Assembly: GCA_028870995.1 (NCBI GenBank)
Contig: JAGWOI010000010.1
Location: forward strand, 1,775 to 65,774
Origin: Candidatus Omnitrophota bacterium
GTDB taxonomy: Bacteria > Omnitrophota > Gorgyraeia > Zapsychrales > Fredricksoniimonadaceae
Reading direction: 5' to 3'
Length of the DNA stretch: 64,000 bases
The position numbers were made by a program, and so were the translations under genes. Shown here piece by piece: positions 20,554 to 29,947 of the stretch; the stretch's first letter is position 1, and the number at the start of each line of letters is the position of its first letter. The notes beneath the pieces are model-generated. The model was not told where the DNA came from. It saw only the letters and a program-made list of their open reading frames with translations, and searched no databases.

Positions 20554-20874
20554 ATGGCTGCTTTACACCTGGATGAGAAAAATTTCGAGGCTGAAGTTGT
20601 CAATGCAACACAGCCCGTATTAGTGGATTTTTGGGCGGAATGGTGCGGCCCCTGCAAGATGATCGCCCCCATTATCGAGCAGCTGTCGGTTGAACTGCAG
20701 GGCAAGATGAAGATCGCCAAGGTCAATGTGGATGAGTCGCCGCAGCTGGCAGGTGAGTTTAATGTGATGTCCATTCCGACGCTGTTGATTTTCAAGGGCG
20801 GCAAACCGGTAGATCAAATTGTTGGGGCCATGCCCAAAGACAGATTGTTGGCGAAATTGAACCCGCATCTTTAA
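20554..20874 (+). CDS. trxA: Thioredoxin
   Basis: 'VLVDFWAEWCGPCKMIAP' active site, 106 aa. Confidence 0.9.
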   Translation: MAALHLDEKNFEAEVVNATQPVLVDFWAEWCGPCKMIAPIIEQLSVELQGKMKIAKVNVDESPQLAGEFNVMSIPTLLIFKGGKPVDQIVGAMPKDRLLAKLNPHL

Positions 20875-20887
20875 CAGTAGGAGATGT

Positions 20888-21241
20888 ATGTTAATTGAAG
20901 TTTTGAAATCCAAAATAAGCCATGCCACCATCACCCAGGCGGAATTGCATTACGAAGGCAGCATCACCATCGATTCCGATCTCCTCAAAGCCGCGGGGAT
21001 CATTCCGGGGGAAAAGGTGCATGTGCTTAACGAAAGTTCCGGTCACCGGCTGGAAACCTATGTCATTGCCGGCAATCCCGATTCCGGCGTTATTTGTTTA
21101 AACGGGCCCGCCGCCCGGCATGGTTATGTCGGCGACCGGTTGATCATTTTAAGTTACGCGTTGGCGGAGGCCGAGGAAGCCAGGCGCCTTCAACCTAAAA
21201 TCGTTCATCTTGGCCCTACCAATAAAATCAAAAAATCTTAA
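20888..21241 (+). CDS. panD: Aspartate 1-decarboxylase
   Basis: 'MLIEVLKSKISHATITQAELHYEGSITID' matches PanD including the G24-S25 self-cleavage site. Confidence 0.85.
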   Translation: MLIEVLKSKISHATITQAELHYEGSITIDSDLLKAAGIIPGEKVHVLNESSGHRLETYVIAGNPDSGVICLNGPAARHGYVGDRLIILSYALAEAEEARRLQPKIVHLGPTNKIKKS

Positions 21242-21244
21242 TTT

Positions 21245-21781
21245 ATGTCTTATGGTCCTTTAAAAGTCAGGATTTACGGCGATCCCTGCCTGGTGGCAAA
21301 ATCAAAGCCGGTCAAGGAGGTCGGTCCGGTTGAGCGCATGCTGATCGCGGCCATGTTCGAGACCATGGCGGCCTGCAAAGGGGTGGGCCTGGCCGCGCCT
21401 CAGGTGGGCATCAACGAGCAAATTTTTGTGGTGGATACGGGCAAGGTGGTCATGGCTGTCGTCAATCCCAAGATCGTCAAATCAGCGGGGAGCGAACTCA
21501 TGGAAGAAGGGTGCTTAAGCATTCCCCGGGTCCTGGTGGATGTCAAGCGCGCCAAAGCCGTCTGGGTGGAGTATACTGACGTCGAGAACCGTCGGGTCAA
21601 AGCCCAGTTAAACGGGCTTTTGGCCAGGGTCTTCCAGCATGAATACGACCATTTGCAGGGGAAATTGATCCTGGATTATTTAAATCCCAAGGACCGGACC
21701 AAGGTGTTGTCGCAATGGAAGAACGGCTCCTACACCGGCAAGGTTTTAGGTGAGAACGATGATTACCGAACAAAAATTTGA
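21245..21781 (+). CDS. def: Peptide deformylase
   Basis: Motifs 'GVGLAAPQVG', 'EGCLSIP' and 'QHEYDHLQG'. Confidence 0.85.
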   Translation: MSYGPLKVRIYGDPCLVAKSKPVKEVGPVERMLIAAMFETMAACKGVGLAAPQVGINEQIFVVDTGKVVMAVVNPKIVKSAGSELMEEGCLSIPRVLVDVKRAKAVWVEYTDVENRRVKAQLNGLLARVFQHEYDHLQGKLILDYLNPKDRTKVLSQWKNGSYTGKVLGENDDYRTKI

Positions 21782-22673
21782 TTCCGGTCTGGTCAAGCTG
21801 CCTGCCTGGTTTAAACAGGAAGTGCCGGACATGGACAAGATCCGGAACATGAAGGCGCTTTTCAGGACCGGCCGCCTTCATACGGTTTGCGAGAGCGCGC
21901 ATTGTCCCAATATGGGATCCTGTTGGAAGGAGGGGGTGGCGACCTTCATGATCTTAGGGGGGACCTGCACCCGGGCCTGCCGTTTTTGTTCGGTGCCTGC
22001 CGGACGCCCAGACTTGATCGATGCCGAGGAACCGCAAAGTGTGGCGCTGTCAGTCAAGGAGTTGGGGCTCCGTTATGTGGTGATCACCTCCGTGGCCCGC
22101 GACGACGTCGAGGATGAAGGCGCCGGCCAATTCGCCAAGACCATCGCCGCCATCCGCGCCATGACACCGGAGGTCAAGATCGAAGTTTTGATCCCGGATT
22201 TCAGCGCCCGCCAAGAACCCCTGAAGGTGTTAAGCCAGGCGGCGCCTGAAGTGATCGCCCACAATATCGAAACCGTCCGGCGCCTGAGCCCCGCCGTCCG
22301 GCCGCAGGCCCAGCACGACCGTTCCCTGCAGGTGCTGCACGCCTTTCGCCAATTAAATCCCAACAGTTTTATCAAATCATCCTTAATGGTGGGCTTGGGC
22401 GAAACCGGTGAAGAGATCACGGGCGTGATGCGTGAGCTTTTGGACGCCGGCTGCCAGATCCTGACGATCGGCCAATACCTGGCGCCTAGTCGCGGCAAAC
22501 GTCATTTTCCCGTCAAGAAATTTTACAGCCCCCAGGAATTCGAGCATTACCGGCACAAAGGGTTGGATATGGGGTTCCTTTATGTGGAAAGCGGCCCGCT
22601 GGTGCGCAGTTCCTATATTGCGGAACGCGGGTTCCAGGGGGCCTTGACGGCCCTGAAAGGCTATCGCCCATGA
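21759..22673 (+). CDS. lipA: Lipoyl synthase
   Basis: Radical-SAM 'CTRACRFC' plus the auxiliary cluster 'CESAHCPNMGSCW'. Confidence 0.9.
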   Translation: MITEQKFDSGLVKLPAWFKQEVPDMDKIRNMKALFRTGRLHTVCESAHCPNMGSCWKEGVATFMILGGTCTRACRFCSVPAGRPDLIDAEEPQSVALSVKELGLRYVVITSVARDDVEDEGAGQFAKTIAAIRAMTPEVKIEVLIPDFSARQEPLKVLSQAAPEVIAHNIETVRRLSPAVRPQAQHDRSLQVLHAFRQLNPNSFIKSSLMVGLGETGEEITGVMRELLDAGCQILTIGQYLAPSRGKRHFPVKKFYSPQEFEHYRHKGLDMGFLYVESGPLVRSSYIAERGFQGALTALKGYRP

Positions 22674-23668
22674 CGGAGAAATCCAAACACAGGAGCATTT
22701 TTACCACTGTCCTTCCTTTCGTTTTAAGCTTGGGGCTCTTGACCTGGCTTTTCATGACCATCGATTACAAGCATATCTGGCAGGCCGTCAAGGGCGCGGA
22801 TATGCGTTACCTGGCCGCAGCCGGGATCATTTTCTTTTTGATCAATTTTTTGATCGTCTGGCGGTGGCGGATCCTCATGAAGGCCCTGGGGCTTAAACCC
22901 GGGAATCTTTCAAGCATACGGTGGTTCTTCTTGTCTCAGTTTTGCGGATTGGCGCCGATTTCCACCGTCGGAAGCGATGTGATCCGCGGGCTGGGGCTGG
23001 CCCAGGAGACCGGGCATAAACCAAAGATGTTCGCCTCGATCGTCCTGGACCGTCTGTCAGGCTTCGCCGGCATCGTCATTCTGGCTGTCGGCGCCTACCT
23101 TATGGGCCATGGCATTATCAGCAATAAACTGGTCATCGGCGCCATTGCGGCCTTGAGCCTCATTTCGGCTGCTTTTGCGGTCGTGCTTTTCAGCCGGCGT
23201 ATTTTTGCTTTTGCCTGCGAGGCCTTCCACGCCTGGCCGAAGGTCAGGGAGAATCTGATGAGAATGCATCATGACATCATCCTTTTAAGGGGCAAACAGG
23301 TCAAAGGCTGGGAGGCTATTTCCATTTCCATTTTCGCGCAAATCGTGCTGGCTGTGGAGTTTTATCTGACCGCTAAGGGCATGCATATGAATGTGCCCCT
23401 GGTTTATTTCATTATTTTTTCCCCGATTGTCTGTGTGGTGACATCCCTGCCTTCCATCGGGGGTTTAGGCTTCAGGGAGATCGGCTGGGTGTACCTGCTG
23501 CCTTTGGTGGGGGTGTCCAAGGAAATGGCGGGCGGTTTAAGCCTTGTTAATTCCGCCTTCAATATCCTCAACGGACTTTTATGCGGGCTGTTCTATGTCA
23601 CTACATTATCTTCTGGACGGATACAATGTTCTCAAGCAGAGGCCGTCCTTAAGCAATCTTCCTCTTGA
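22670..23668 (+). CDS. Flippase-like / UPF0104 (lysylphosphatidylglycerol-synthase TM region-like) membrane protein
   Basis: ~8 TM. Basic N-terminus followed by 'LLTWLF'. The Pfam LPG_synthase_TM-like architecture is inferred. Confidence 0.45.
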   Translation: MTEKSKHRSIFTTVLPFVLSLGLLTWLFMTIDYKHIWQAVKGADMRYLAAAGIIFFLINFLIVWRWRILMKALGLKPGNLSSIRWFFLSQFCGLAPISTVGSDVIRGLGLAQETGHKPKMFASIVLDRLSGFAGIVILAVGAYLMGHGIISNKLVIGAIAALSLISAAFAVVLFSRRIFAFACEAFHAWPKVRENLMRMHHDIILLRGKQVKGWEAISISIFAQIVLAVEFYLTAKGMHMNVPLVYFIIFSPIVCVVTSLPSIGGLGFREIGWVYLLPLVGVSKEMAGGLSLVNSAFNILNGLLCGLFYVTTLSSGRIQCSQAEAVLKQSSS

Positions 23669-24083
23669 AGAGGGCCGCATCCGGCTTTTAAAGTGGATCG
23701 AGGCCGCGCGGCCGCATGGCAGTGCGAATAATGCAGTGACCGTGGTCTTCGACGGGAACCCGGAGCATTTCAGCGCCGCACCCCAGGGAGACGTGCGGGT
23801 GATATTTGCGCCTGGATCGGCGGATGAGGCCATCAAGCGCATGGTCGAGGAAGACCAGGAGCGGAAAAATTGCGTGGTTGTTTCCGATGACAAGGAGATC
23901 TTCCTTTACGCGCGTTCCTTGGGTGCCCAGGTGATGCACGTGGCGGCCTTTGTCGGCAAAGGGGACGGCTGCCATGGAGGTAAAAAGCATCCCCCGGCGG
24001 ATTCCGGCGGGAAGTATATCCCCTTAACGCGGCAGGAGAATATCAACAAAGAATTGCGCCGCCTTTGGTTGAAAGAACAATAA
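23595..24083 (+). CDS. NYN-domain protein (YacP/Rae1-like putative RNase)
   Basis: 'LHYLLDGYNVL' N-terminal PIN/NYN aspartate region and 'VVSDDKEIF'. Overlaps the upstream gene by ~70 nt, so the start is uncertain. Confidence 0.55.
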   Translation: MSLHYLLDGYNVLKQRPSLSNLPLEEGRIRLLKWIEAARPHGSANNAVTVVFDGNPEHFSAAPQGDVRVIFAPGSADEAIKRMVEEDQERKNCVVVSDDKEIFLYARSLGAQVMHVAAFVGKGDGCHGGKKHPPADSGGKYIPLTRQENINKELRRLWLKEQ

Positions 24084-24856
24084 TGACCGCCCGCTTGCTT
24101 AAAAGCATTTATGAACACCTGCACAGCCTCGGCGAGGCCATATTCTTTTTAAGGGAGATCCTGTATTTGACCGTCCGCGGCCGGGTGCGCTGGCAGGAGG
24201 TGTGGGCGCAGGTGTATGAACAGGGGGTTGGGTCGATCATCATTGTCATGCTCACCTCCTTGGCCACGGGCACGGTCCTGGGATTGCAGGGCCTTATCAC
24301 CCTGCAGCGTTTCGGCGCCAAGGAGTTTATCGCAAGGTTAGTGGCTTTGTCCCTGGTCCGCGAACTGGGCCCGGTTTTTACCGCGCTTATTTTTTCCGGC
24401 AAAGCCGGGGCAGGCATCACGGCGGAGTTGGGCACGATGAGTACGAACGACCAGATTTTGGCCACCCGCGCCATGGGAGTCGATCCTTTGGAGTTTCTGG
24501 TGGTGCCGCGGTTTTTGGCCTGTTTTCTGGCATTGCCGATATTGGTCATCATTTCCGAATTCTTGGGAATTGCCGGCGGGTATATGATCGCCGTGACCCA
24601 GGCACACACGACGGGCGAATTCTACATTCACGAAACTCTTCAGGCCGTGGGTTATGTGGATTTTTTCAGCGGCTTCATCAAGGTCTTTTTCTTTGCCGTC
24701 ATCATCGGCTGGATCTGCTGTTATCAGGGGTTTTTTACCAGGGGCGGGGCAACGGGGGTGGGCCGCTTCACCACCAAGGCCGTGGCGTATTCGTACATCG
24801 CCGTGATTGTTTCCAATGCGGTGTTGACCAAAATCATCCTAACATTTTGGGGGTAA
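24083..24856 (+). CDS. mlaE: MlaE-family ABC transporter permease
   Basis: 'ELGPVFTALIFSGKAGAGITAELGTMSTNDQILATRAMGVDPLEFLVVPRFLA' is the MlaE signature region. Confidence 0.75.
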   Translation: MTARLLKSIYEHLHSLGEAIFFLREILYLTVRGRVRWQEVWAQVYEQGVGSIIIVMLTSLATGTVLGLQGLITLQRFGAKEFIARLVALSLVRELGPVFTALIFSGKAGAGITAELGTMSTNDQILATRAMGVDPLEFLVVPRFLACFLALPILVIISEFLGIAGGYMIAVTQAHTTGEFYIHETLQAVGYVDFFSGFIKVFFFAVIIGWICCYQGFFTRGGATGVGRFTTKAVAYSYIAVIVSNAVLTKIILTFWG

Positions 24857-24860
24857 ATTT

Positions 24861-25205
24861 ATGAGTCAAGGATGCCTTAAAATGGGGCTGTGGCTGGTAT
24901 TGGCGGCAGGTGTGGCGGGATGCGCATCGATGGCTCCCCAAAACAGCGGGCAGTTGCAGAGTTATCCGTCCCCTCTCATCGAGGCAGAGTGGATACGTAA
25001 CGGCGAACCCATCCAATTCGAGGGGGACAAATGGTATCCGGTCAATGATTATGAAGTGTTCAGCGATCCGGAAGTCTATCAGGTGGGCGAATACAGGGAC
25101 GTGCAGATCTTTGTGGCGAAGATCGATACGAAACCGTACAAGCGTATTTATACCAAATTTGATAAGAATAAGTTCCGGTATTGGGAGCCTCGGGACGATG
25201 ATTAA
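24861..25205 (+). CDS. Small lipoprotein (hypothetical) embedded in the mla operon
   Basis: Lipobox 'LAAGVAGCAS'. 114 aa, no recognisable family. Confidence 0.45.
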   Translation: MSQGCLKMGLWLVLAAGVAGCASMAPQNSGQLQSYPSPLIEAEWIRNGEPIQFEGDKWYPVNDYEVFSDPEVYQVGEYRDVQIFVAKIDTKPYKRIYTKFDKNKFRYWEPRDDD

Positions 25206-25926
25206 AGTGGAAGGTTTGTATAAGACCCTGGGAGACCAGCCGGTGCTGGAAAACATCAATTTGGATGTCAACCAGGGGGAAATCGTTGCGGTGCTGGGCT
25301 TAAGCGGCGCGGGGAAGACCGTGCTTTTGAAACATTTGATCGGCCTGGTCCAGCCGGACAAAGGCCGCGTCATTGTCAACGGCGTGGATTTTACCAGTTT
25401 AAGCGAGGAGGAGATGCTGAAGGTGCGCTGCGAAATGGGCTATCTGTTCCAGGAGGGCGCCCTGTACGATTTTATGGATGTGTACGACAATGTGGCTTTT
25501 CCCTTGAAGGAACATACCGGACTAAAGGCCGCCGAAATCTCCGCGCGGGTGCGTGAGGTCTTGAAACTGGTCGACCTGGAGGGTGTGGAAGCCAAAATGC
25601 CAAGCGAGTTGAGCGGCGGCATGAAAAAAAGGGTCGGCCTGGCCCGTGCCATTGTCCTGGGGGCCAAGGTGCTCTTGTGCGACGAGCCGACTTCAGGCCT
25701 GGATCCTATCCGCAGCCGTGACATATCGGATTTGATCCGTCACGTCTCCCGGCAGATAGGTTCAGCCACCGTCTTGACATCCCATGATGTGGGCAATTCA
25801 TTCCGCATTGCCAACCGGCTGCTTATTATCAACGACTGCCGGATCGCGGCCGAAGGGACGGCCCGACAGTTAAAGGAATCCAAGGAACCATTTGTACAGG
25901 AATTTTTGCAGGCAGCGACTTCATAA
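25198..25926 (+). CDS. mlaF: MlaF-type ABC transporter ATP-binding protein
   Basis: Walker A 'GLSGAGKT', signature 'LSGGMKKRVGLARA', Walker B 'LLCDEPTSGLD'. Start at the ATG at 25198; the track ORF at 24910 is an upstream out-of-frame extension. Confidence 0.85.
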   Translation: MIKVEGLYKTLGDQPVLENINLDVNQGEIVAVLGLSGAGKTVLLKHLIGLVQPDKGRVIVNGVDFTSLSEEEMLKVRCEMGYLFQEGALYDFMDVYDNVAFPLKEHTGLKAAEISARVREVLKLVDLEGVEAKMPSELSGGMKKRVGLARAIVLGAKVLLCDEPTSGLDPIRSRDISDLIRHVSRQIGSATVLTSHDVGNSFRIANRLLIINDCRIAAEGTARQLKESKEPFVQEFLQAATS

Positions 25927-26556
25927 ATGCCGCCGCAAGCCGGCGCAGGGAGGGCTATGGAGAAACACAACGGTGAAAATGCTAAAAGATTAGGGGCGGC
26001 TTTATTTTTTATCGCTGGCCTGGCCTTGATCGCGGTCAGCGTCTTTGTGATCGGGATCGACCGCGGCTTGACCCAGCCGAAGTTCCAGGTCATTGTCCTT
26101 TTTAATCAGGTCGGCGGCCTGGTCGAAGGCTCTCCCATCCGCATTTCGGGGGTGAATGTGGGGGTGGTCGGTGCGGTTGATTTTCTGAGCCAGCCCGTTG
26201 AAGGCCGCAGCCTGAAGGTGCGCATGGACATCTATAAAAAGTATGAATTACAGTTCCGCAAATGTTCCAGGGTCAGCATACGGACCGAAGGTGTGCTGGG
26301 CCAAAAATTGATCGAGATCAGTGAGGACCACTCGCTTAAACCGTTTGACTTAAGGGCCCCCATCATCGGCCAGGACCCCCTGGATGTGGAAGACATGGCG
26401 GCGGTCATCACCAGGACCGCCATCTCCCTGCAGGGCACCAGCCAGAGCGTCCAGGGGATGCTGCATGATTGGAGGGATGTTTCCTATAAAACCAAGTCGA
26501 TTCTCAACCGGGTCAATCAACGTTTGATGGAAGGCAGCTTATTTAAAGTTTTCTAG
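25927..26556 (+). CDS. mlaD: MlaD-like MCE-domain protein
   Basis: N-terminal TM followed by MCE 'VIVLFNQVGGLVEGSPIRISGVNVGVVGAV'. An alternative start at 25957 is possible. Confidence 0.7.
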   Translation: MPPQAGAGRAMEKHNGENAKRLGAALFFIAGLALIAVSVFVIGIDRGLTQPKFQVIVLFNQVGGLVEGSPIRISGVNVGVVGAVDFLSQPVEGRSLKVRMDIYKKYELQFRKCSRVSIRTEGVLGQKLIEISEDHSLKPFDLRAPIIGQDPLDVEDMAAVITRTAISLQGTSQSVQGMLHDWRDVSYKTKSILNRVNQRLMEGSLFKVF

Positions 26557-26572
26557 CATTAAGGAGGCGGTC

Positions 26573-26866
26573 ATGTTTGTATTAGGTAATTTTATAGACG
26601 GTTTGGCGTATGTCATCAATATCGTGCTGAACGTCATGATGGTCCTGATTTTTGTCCGCGCCATCATCAGCTGGTTTAATCCGGATCCTTTTAACCCCAT
26701 TTACCAGTTTTTGCAACGCACCACCGAGCCGGTGCTGGAGCCGATCCGGCGCCTGCTGCCGGCCATGCCTATTGATATCTCGCCCATCATCGCGTTTTTT
26801 GTCATTAGGTTTTTACAGATATTTTTGGTGTCAAGCCTGTATGGTCTTGCCTATAGGCTGCAATGA
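26573..26866 (+). CDS. YggT/Ycf19 family membrane protein
   Basis: 'VLNVMMVLIFVRAIISWFNPDP' is the YggT motif. Confidence 0.7.
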   Translation: MFVLGNFIDGLAYVINIVLNVMMVLIFVRAIISWFNPDPFNPIYQFLQRTTEPVLEPIRRLLPAMPIDISPIIAFFVIRFLQIFLVSSLYGLAYRLQ

Positions 26867-26966
26867 CCGGAGTCGGGCAGGTTAGTGCTTGCCAAAAGAT
26901 AAAAGTTAGGGTATAAAGTATTTTCTAAAGGTTATAAATAATATGTACTCTGAATGAGGTGGAATT

Positions 26967-27263
26967 ATGTTGGATCAAGTTAAAAAGCTGATGGAGATGA
27001 AAAAGCAGGCGGACCTGCTCAAAAAGGAGCTGGAAGCCACTGTTATTGAAGTGCAGGAAACCCGCGGCATAAAGCTTGTGGTCAATGGGGCGCAGCTATT
27101 CCAATCCCTGGAGATTGATGAAAGCCTTTTGACGCCGGCCAATAAGAACCGCATCCAGATGGACCTTATAAAAAACTTGAATACCGCCATCAAGCGTTCT
27201 CAACAGGCGGCGGCCAATAAAATGAAGAATATGCCTGGGTTTAATTTACCGGGTTTATCCTAA
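26967..27263 (+). CDS. ybaB: Nucleoid-associated protein YbaB/EbfC
   Basis: 'MEMKKQADLLKKELEATVIE...GIKLVVNGAQLFQSLEIDESLL' is colinear with E. coli YbaB. Confidence 0.85.
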   Translation: MLDQVKKLMEMKKQADLLKKELEATVIEVQETRGIKLVVNGAQLFQSLEIDESLLTPANKNRIQMDLIKNLNTAIKRSQQAAANKMKNMPGFNLPGLS

Positions 27264-27284
27264 AATCAAGGAAAGGAAAAAGCA

Positions 27285-27515
27285 ATGCCTTATGATCAAT
27301 CGTTAGACGTGTCATCGTTCAAGGAAGTCATCGACTTTCAAAATACCCGCATCAGTGTGGGGGTCTACTCCTATAATGGGGCACCCAAGAAGCTGCAGAT
27401 CACCCGCGAAAACCAGATCGATGGTCAATGGAGCTTCACCAAGTTAGGCCGTTTGAGCAAGGAAGAAGCCCAGGCCGTTGTTCCCATCATGATGAAGGCC
27501 ATCGAGGCGATGTAA
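27285..27515 (+). CDS. Small hypothetical protein, possibly PC4/YdbC-like ssDNA-binding fold
   Basis: 76 aa. 'YSYNGAPKKLQITREN..DGQWSFTKLGRLSKEEAQAV' resembles the YdbC pattern. Weak. Confidence 0.35.
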   Translation: MPYDQSLDVSSFKEVIDFQNTRISVGVYSYNGAPKKLQITRENQIDGQWSFTKLGRLSKEEAQAVVPIMMKAIEAM

Positions 27516-27516
27516 T

Positions 27517-27993
27517 ATGGGAAATGAAGTTTATTTGACCAAGGCGGGGTTCCAAAAACTCCAGACCCAGTTGGAAAATCTTAAATCCGTCGAGCGTCAG
27601 AAAATCGCCAAAGCCATCGGCGAGGCCCGCGCCCAGGGCGATATTTCCGAGAACGCGGAATATGACGCGGCCAAGGAGGCCCAGGCGCATAATGAGGCCC
27701 GCATTGCCGAGTTGGAAGGCAAATTGGCCAATGTCCGCATAATCGAGAACGAAAATATCCCGGCGGACAAGATCTTCATCGGCGCCATCGTCACCATGGA
27801 AGACCTGGACAACGACGAAGAGTTGACCTACATGCTGGTTTCCCCCGAAGAGGCTAATTACGAGGAGAACAAGATCTCCATCCACTCGCCCATCGGTAAA
27901 GGTCTTTTGGGTCACAAGGCAGGAGAGACCCTGGAGATCAAGGTCCCGGCAGGCGTGTTGAAGTACAAGATCAAAACGATCAAGCGTCCTTAA
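27517..27993 (+). CDS. greA: Transcription elongation factor GreA
   Basis: 'LTKAGFQKLQTQLENL...RQKIAKAIGEARAQGDISENAEYDAAKEAQA' is the coiled-coil N-domain, followed by the FKBP-like C-domain. Confidence 0.9.
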   Translation: MGNEVYLTKAGFQKLQTQLENLKSVERQKIAKAIGEARAQGDISENAEYDAAKEAQAHNEARIAELEGKLANVRIIENENIPADKIFIGAIVTMEDLDNDEELTYMLVSPEEANYEENKISIHSPIGKGLLGHKAGETLEIKVPAGVLKYKIKTIKRP

Positions 27994-29269
27994 GCCCGGC
28001 AGCAATCCACAGGACGATCGTGGGCAACAGGGCAAAGAGGATGCGCGACAGGGTGGTTGACAGCCACCAGACTATTTCAAAATAGGTGTTCACCGCGTAG
28101 TAGGCCAGCACAACCCCCAAATAAAGAATCAGGGTTAAACCGATAACCCCTAAGGCCTGGCACCATAATTTCTTCCCGGCCAATAAGATCCCCCCGGCCG
28201 CTAATAACCAAAATCCGGCCCATTTAGCTGATATGAATTCGAACCAGGGATAAACTGCGATTGTCTCCAGCCTGGGCCAAGTTGTCGGTTTTTGTGCCGA
28301 CAGAAGGCCGTTGACAAAGGCTTCGTTTTTGGGAGCGAAGAACAATTTGAACAGCAGCGTCGGCAGGGCGGCCAGGCAGAAAGCGGTTATAAAAGCTTTT
28401 AAATTTTTTTTGTCTTTGCGTTGATGCCAAAAAATAAGCAGGGCGGCGATCACCGAGGCCACCATCCCCTCGTCCTTGGCAAAGCTCATCAGTCCTAAAA
28501 AGATCAGACTTAATATTTTTAATTTGGGTTCTTTGCATTTTTCAGATAAAAGCAGGCATAAAAAGGCGGACAGCAGATAAAGGCCCAGAAGGCTGTCGCT
28601 GTACTGGCTGGTGTAAAGCGTGATGTCGATCGGCAGGGCCATGATGACCGCGACCGCCAGCAGGCCGGCGGCGAGTTGGCCGGTCAGTTCCATCAGTCCC
28701 AACAGCAGAACGCCGGCGGTCAAGAGGGCAATGACAACACTGTTGAGCATGGGAACTGCCTGGTCAAAGCGGCCGCTTAAATCCCAGAACCAGACATTGA
28801 TCAAGGGCCAAAGCAGGGGGTATTGGGTGTTGCTGCGCCAAAACTGGGGGCTAAGCATGTCCTTCCAGTTTTCATGGCCCAGAAAGATGAACTTGGCCTT
28901 CAGGTTCCAGCAGGACCAGGCATCCCAGCCGCCCAGGGGATAGTAATGAGCGCTGACAGCCAGAGGAACGGCCAGGACGATCAGCCCCAAGAGACCCCAG
29001 GCATGCTGTTTTGTCAGTTTAAATCGGGGCATGGAAAAAGGTTTTATAAAAAACAGAACAACAGCTGACGCAAGGACAAGGCCGACGGGGATGAAGCGGT
29101 TGAATTGATTAAAAAGGATATGGACATAAAAAGCACAGGTTCCGTCGATCCCAAGCCCCAGTCCCAAAGCCAAAAAGAATTGCAGCACAGGGTCAAGCCG
29201 TGCGGCCATGCGGCGGATAACAAGGAAACCGGCTGCCAAACTGATAATGATGCCGATCCAATACGTCAT
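27980..29269 (-). CDS. Polytopic membrane protein, possible GT-C-fold glycosyltransferase (ArnT/PMT-like)
   Basis: ~11 TM, 429 aa, Trp-rich periplasmic loops. Assignment by architecture only. Confidence 0.4.
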   Translation of the reverse strand: MTYWIGIIISLAAGFLVIRRMAARLDPVLQFFLALGLGLGIDGTCAFYVHILFNQFNRFIPVGLVLASAVVLFFIKPFSMPRFKLTKQHAWGLLGLIVLAVPLAVSAHYYPLGGWDAWSCWNLKAKFIFLGHENWKDMLSPQFWRSNTQYPLLWPLINVWFWDLSGRFDQAVPMLNSVVIALLTAGVLLLGLMELTGQLAAGLLAVAVIMALPIDITLYTSQYSDSLLGLYLLSAFLCLLLSEKCKEPKLKILSLIFLGLMSFAKDEGMVASVIAALLIFWHQRKDKKNLKAFITAFCLAALPTLLFKLFFAPKNEAFVNGLLSAQKPTTWPRLETIAVYPWFEFISAKWAGFWLLAAGGILLAGKKLWCQALGVIGLTLILYLGVVLAYYAVNTYFEIVWWLSTTLSRILFALLPTIVLWIAAGLKDA

Positions 29270-29727
29270 TCGATACCCTTAGGGTTATAGGCCAGGATGA
29301 TGCCGTTATGTGCTTTCATAGGAACCAGCCCCAGGCGCTTAATGGCTTCCAGGGCTATTTGGGGACTGGTGCAATCAAAAATATCCCAGCGCCATTGGGT
29401 ATGGTTAAGGTCCAGGACTGTGGGCACCAGCATATATTGAGCTTGTTCAAATTGGGCAACCGCCAGCGGCTGTTTCAAATCTTTATTGGTATAGTAGCCG
29501 ACGGTATGGATATCCTTAAAGACATTCTCCAATCCGATGAATTGAAATCCCAGGCTATGAAGGGGAATGGAGGTGCGGTCCTGGATCTGGAAAACAGCCC
29601 GGGCGTAAGCCGTAAAAATATCGAAGGCTGCGATCAGCCCCAAAGCTACCAAAAGAGTGATTTTTAAGTTCCGGCGCAATATTCCCTGTTTCTTGCTTGT
29701 CGTAAGGTTTGTTGAAAACGCGTCCAA
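29266..29727 (-). CDS. Hypothetical membrane-anchored protein (translationally coupled to the downstream GT-C-like gene)
   Basis: N-terminal TM 'ITLLVALGLIAAFDIF'. ATGA overlap with the next gene on the - strand. Confidence 0.4.
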   Translation of the reverse strand: MDAFSTNLTTSKKQGILRRNLKITLLVALGLIAAFDIFTAYARAVFQIQDRTSIPLHSLGFQFIGLENVFKDIHTVGYYTNKDLKQPLAVAQFEQAQYMLVPTVLDLNHTQWRWDIFDCTSPQIALEAIKRLGLVPMKAHNGIILAYNPKGIE

Positions 29728-29856
29728 GAATTTTAACCTAATTTCAACAAATCCCCAAAGAAAAACTTTGGGTTTTAGGGTGATTTCAGTATAATGGGTT
29801 GAAATTCGAACGAAGGCCGCTTTGAATTTATTAATTTATAAAGCAGGGGGCATTAA

Positions 29857-29919
29857 ATGATTTCAGTCGGGGTGATCGGTTGCGGGCAATATTCCCTATT
29901 TCTTGCTCGTCAATGGTAA
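29857..29919 (+). pseudogene. Truncated duplicate 5' end of the Gfo/Idh/MocA oxidoreductase gene (20-codon remnant, MISVGVIGCGQ...*)
   Basis: An ATG with an AGGGGG RBS encodes 'MISVGVIGCG'. This is near-identical at the protein level to the start of the real gene at 29948 ('ISIGVIGCGHWG') but differs at synonymous positions. A stop follows after 20 codons. Confidence 0.35.
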
Positions 29920-29947
29920 CTTCGAGTACGGAACGGGAGGGTTCAAA

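Noticed and set aside
27487-28035. 182-aa minus-strand ORF overlapping greA
   Set aside because: greA on the + strand is full-length and colinear with E. coli GreA. The minus ORF is a shadow.
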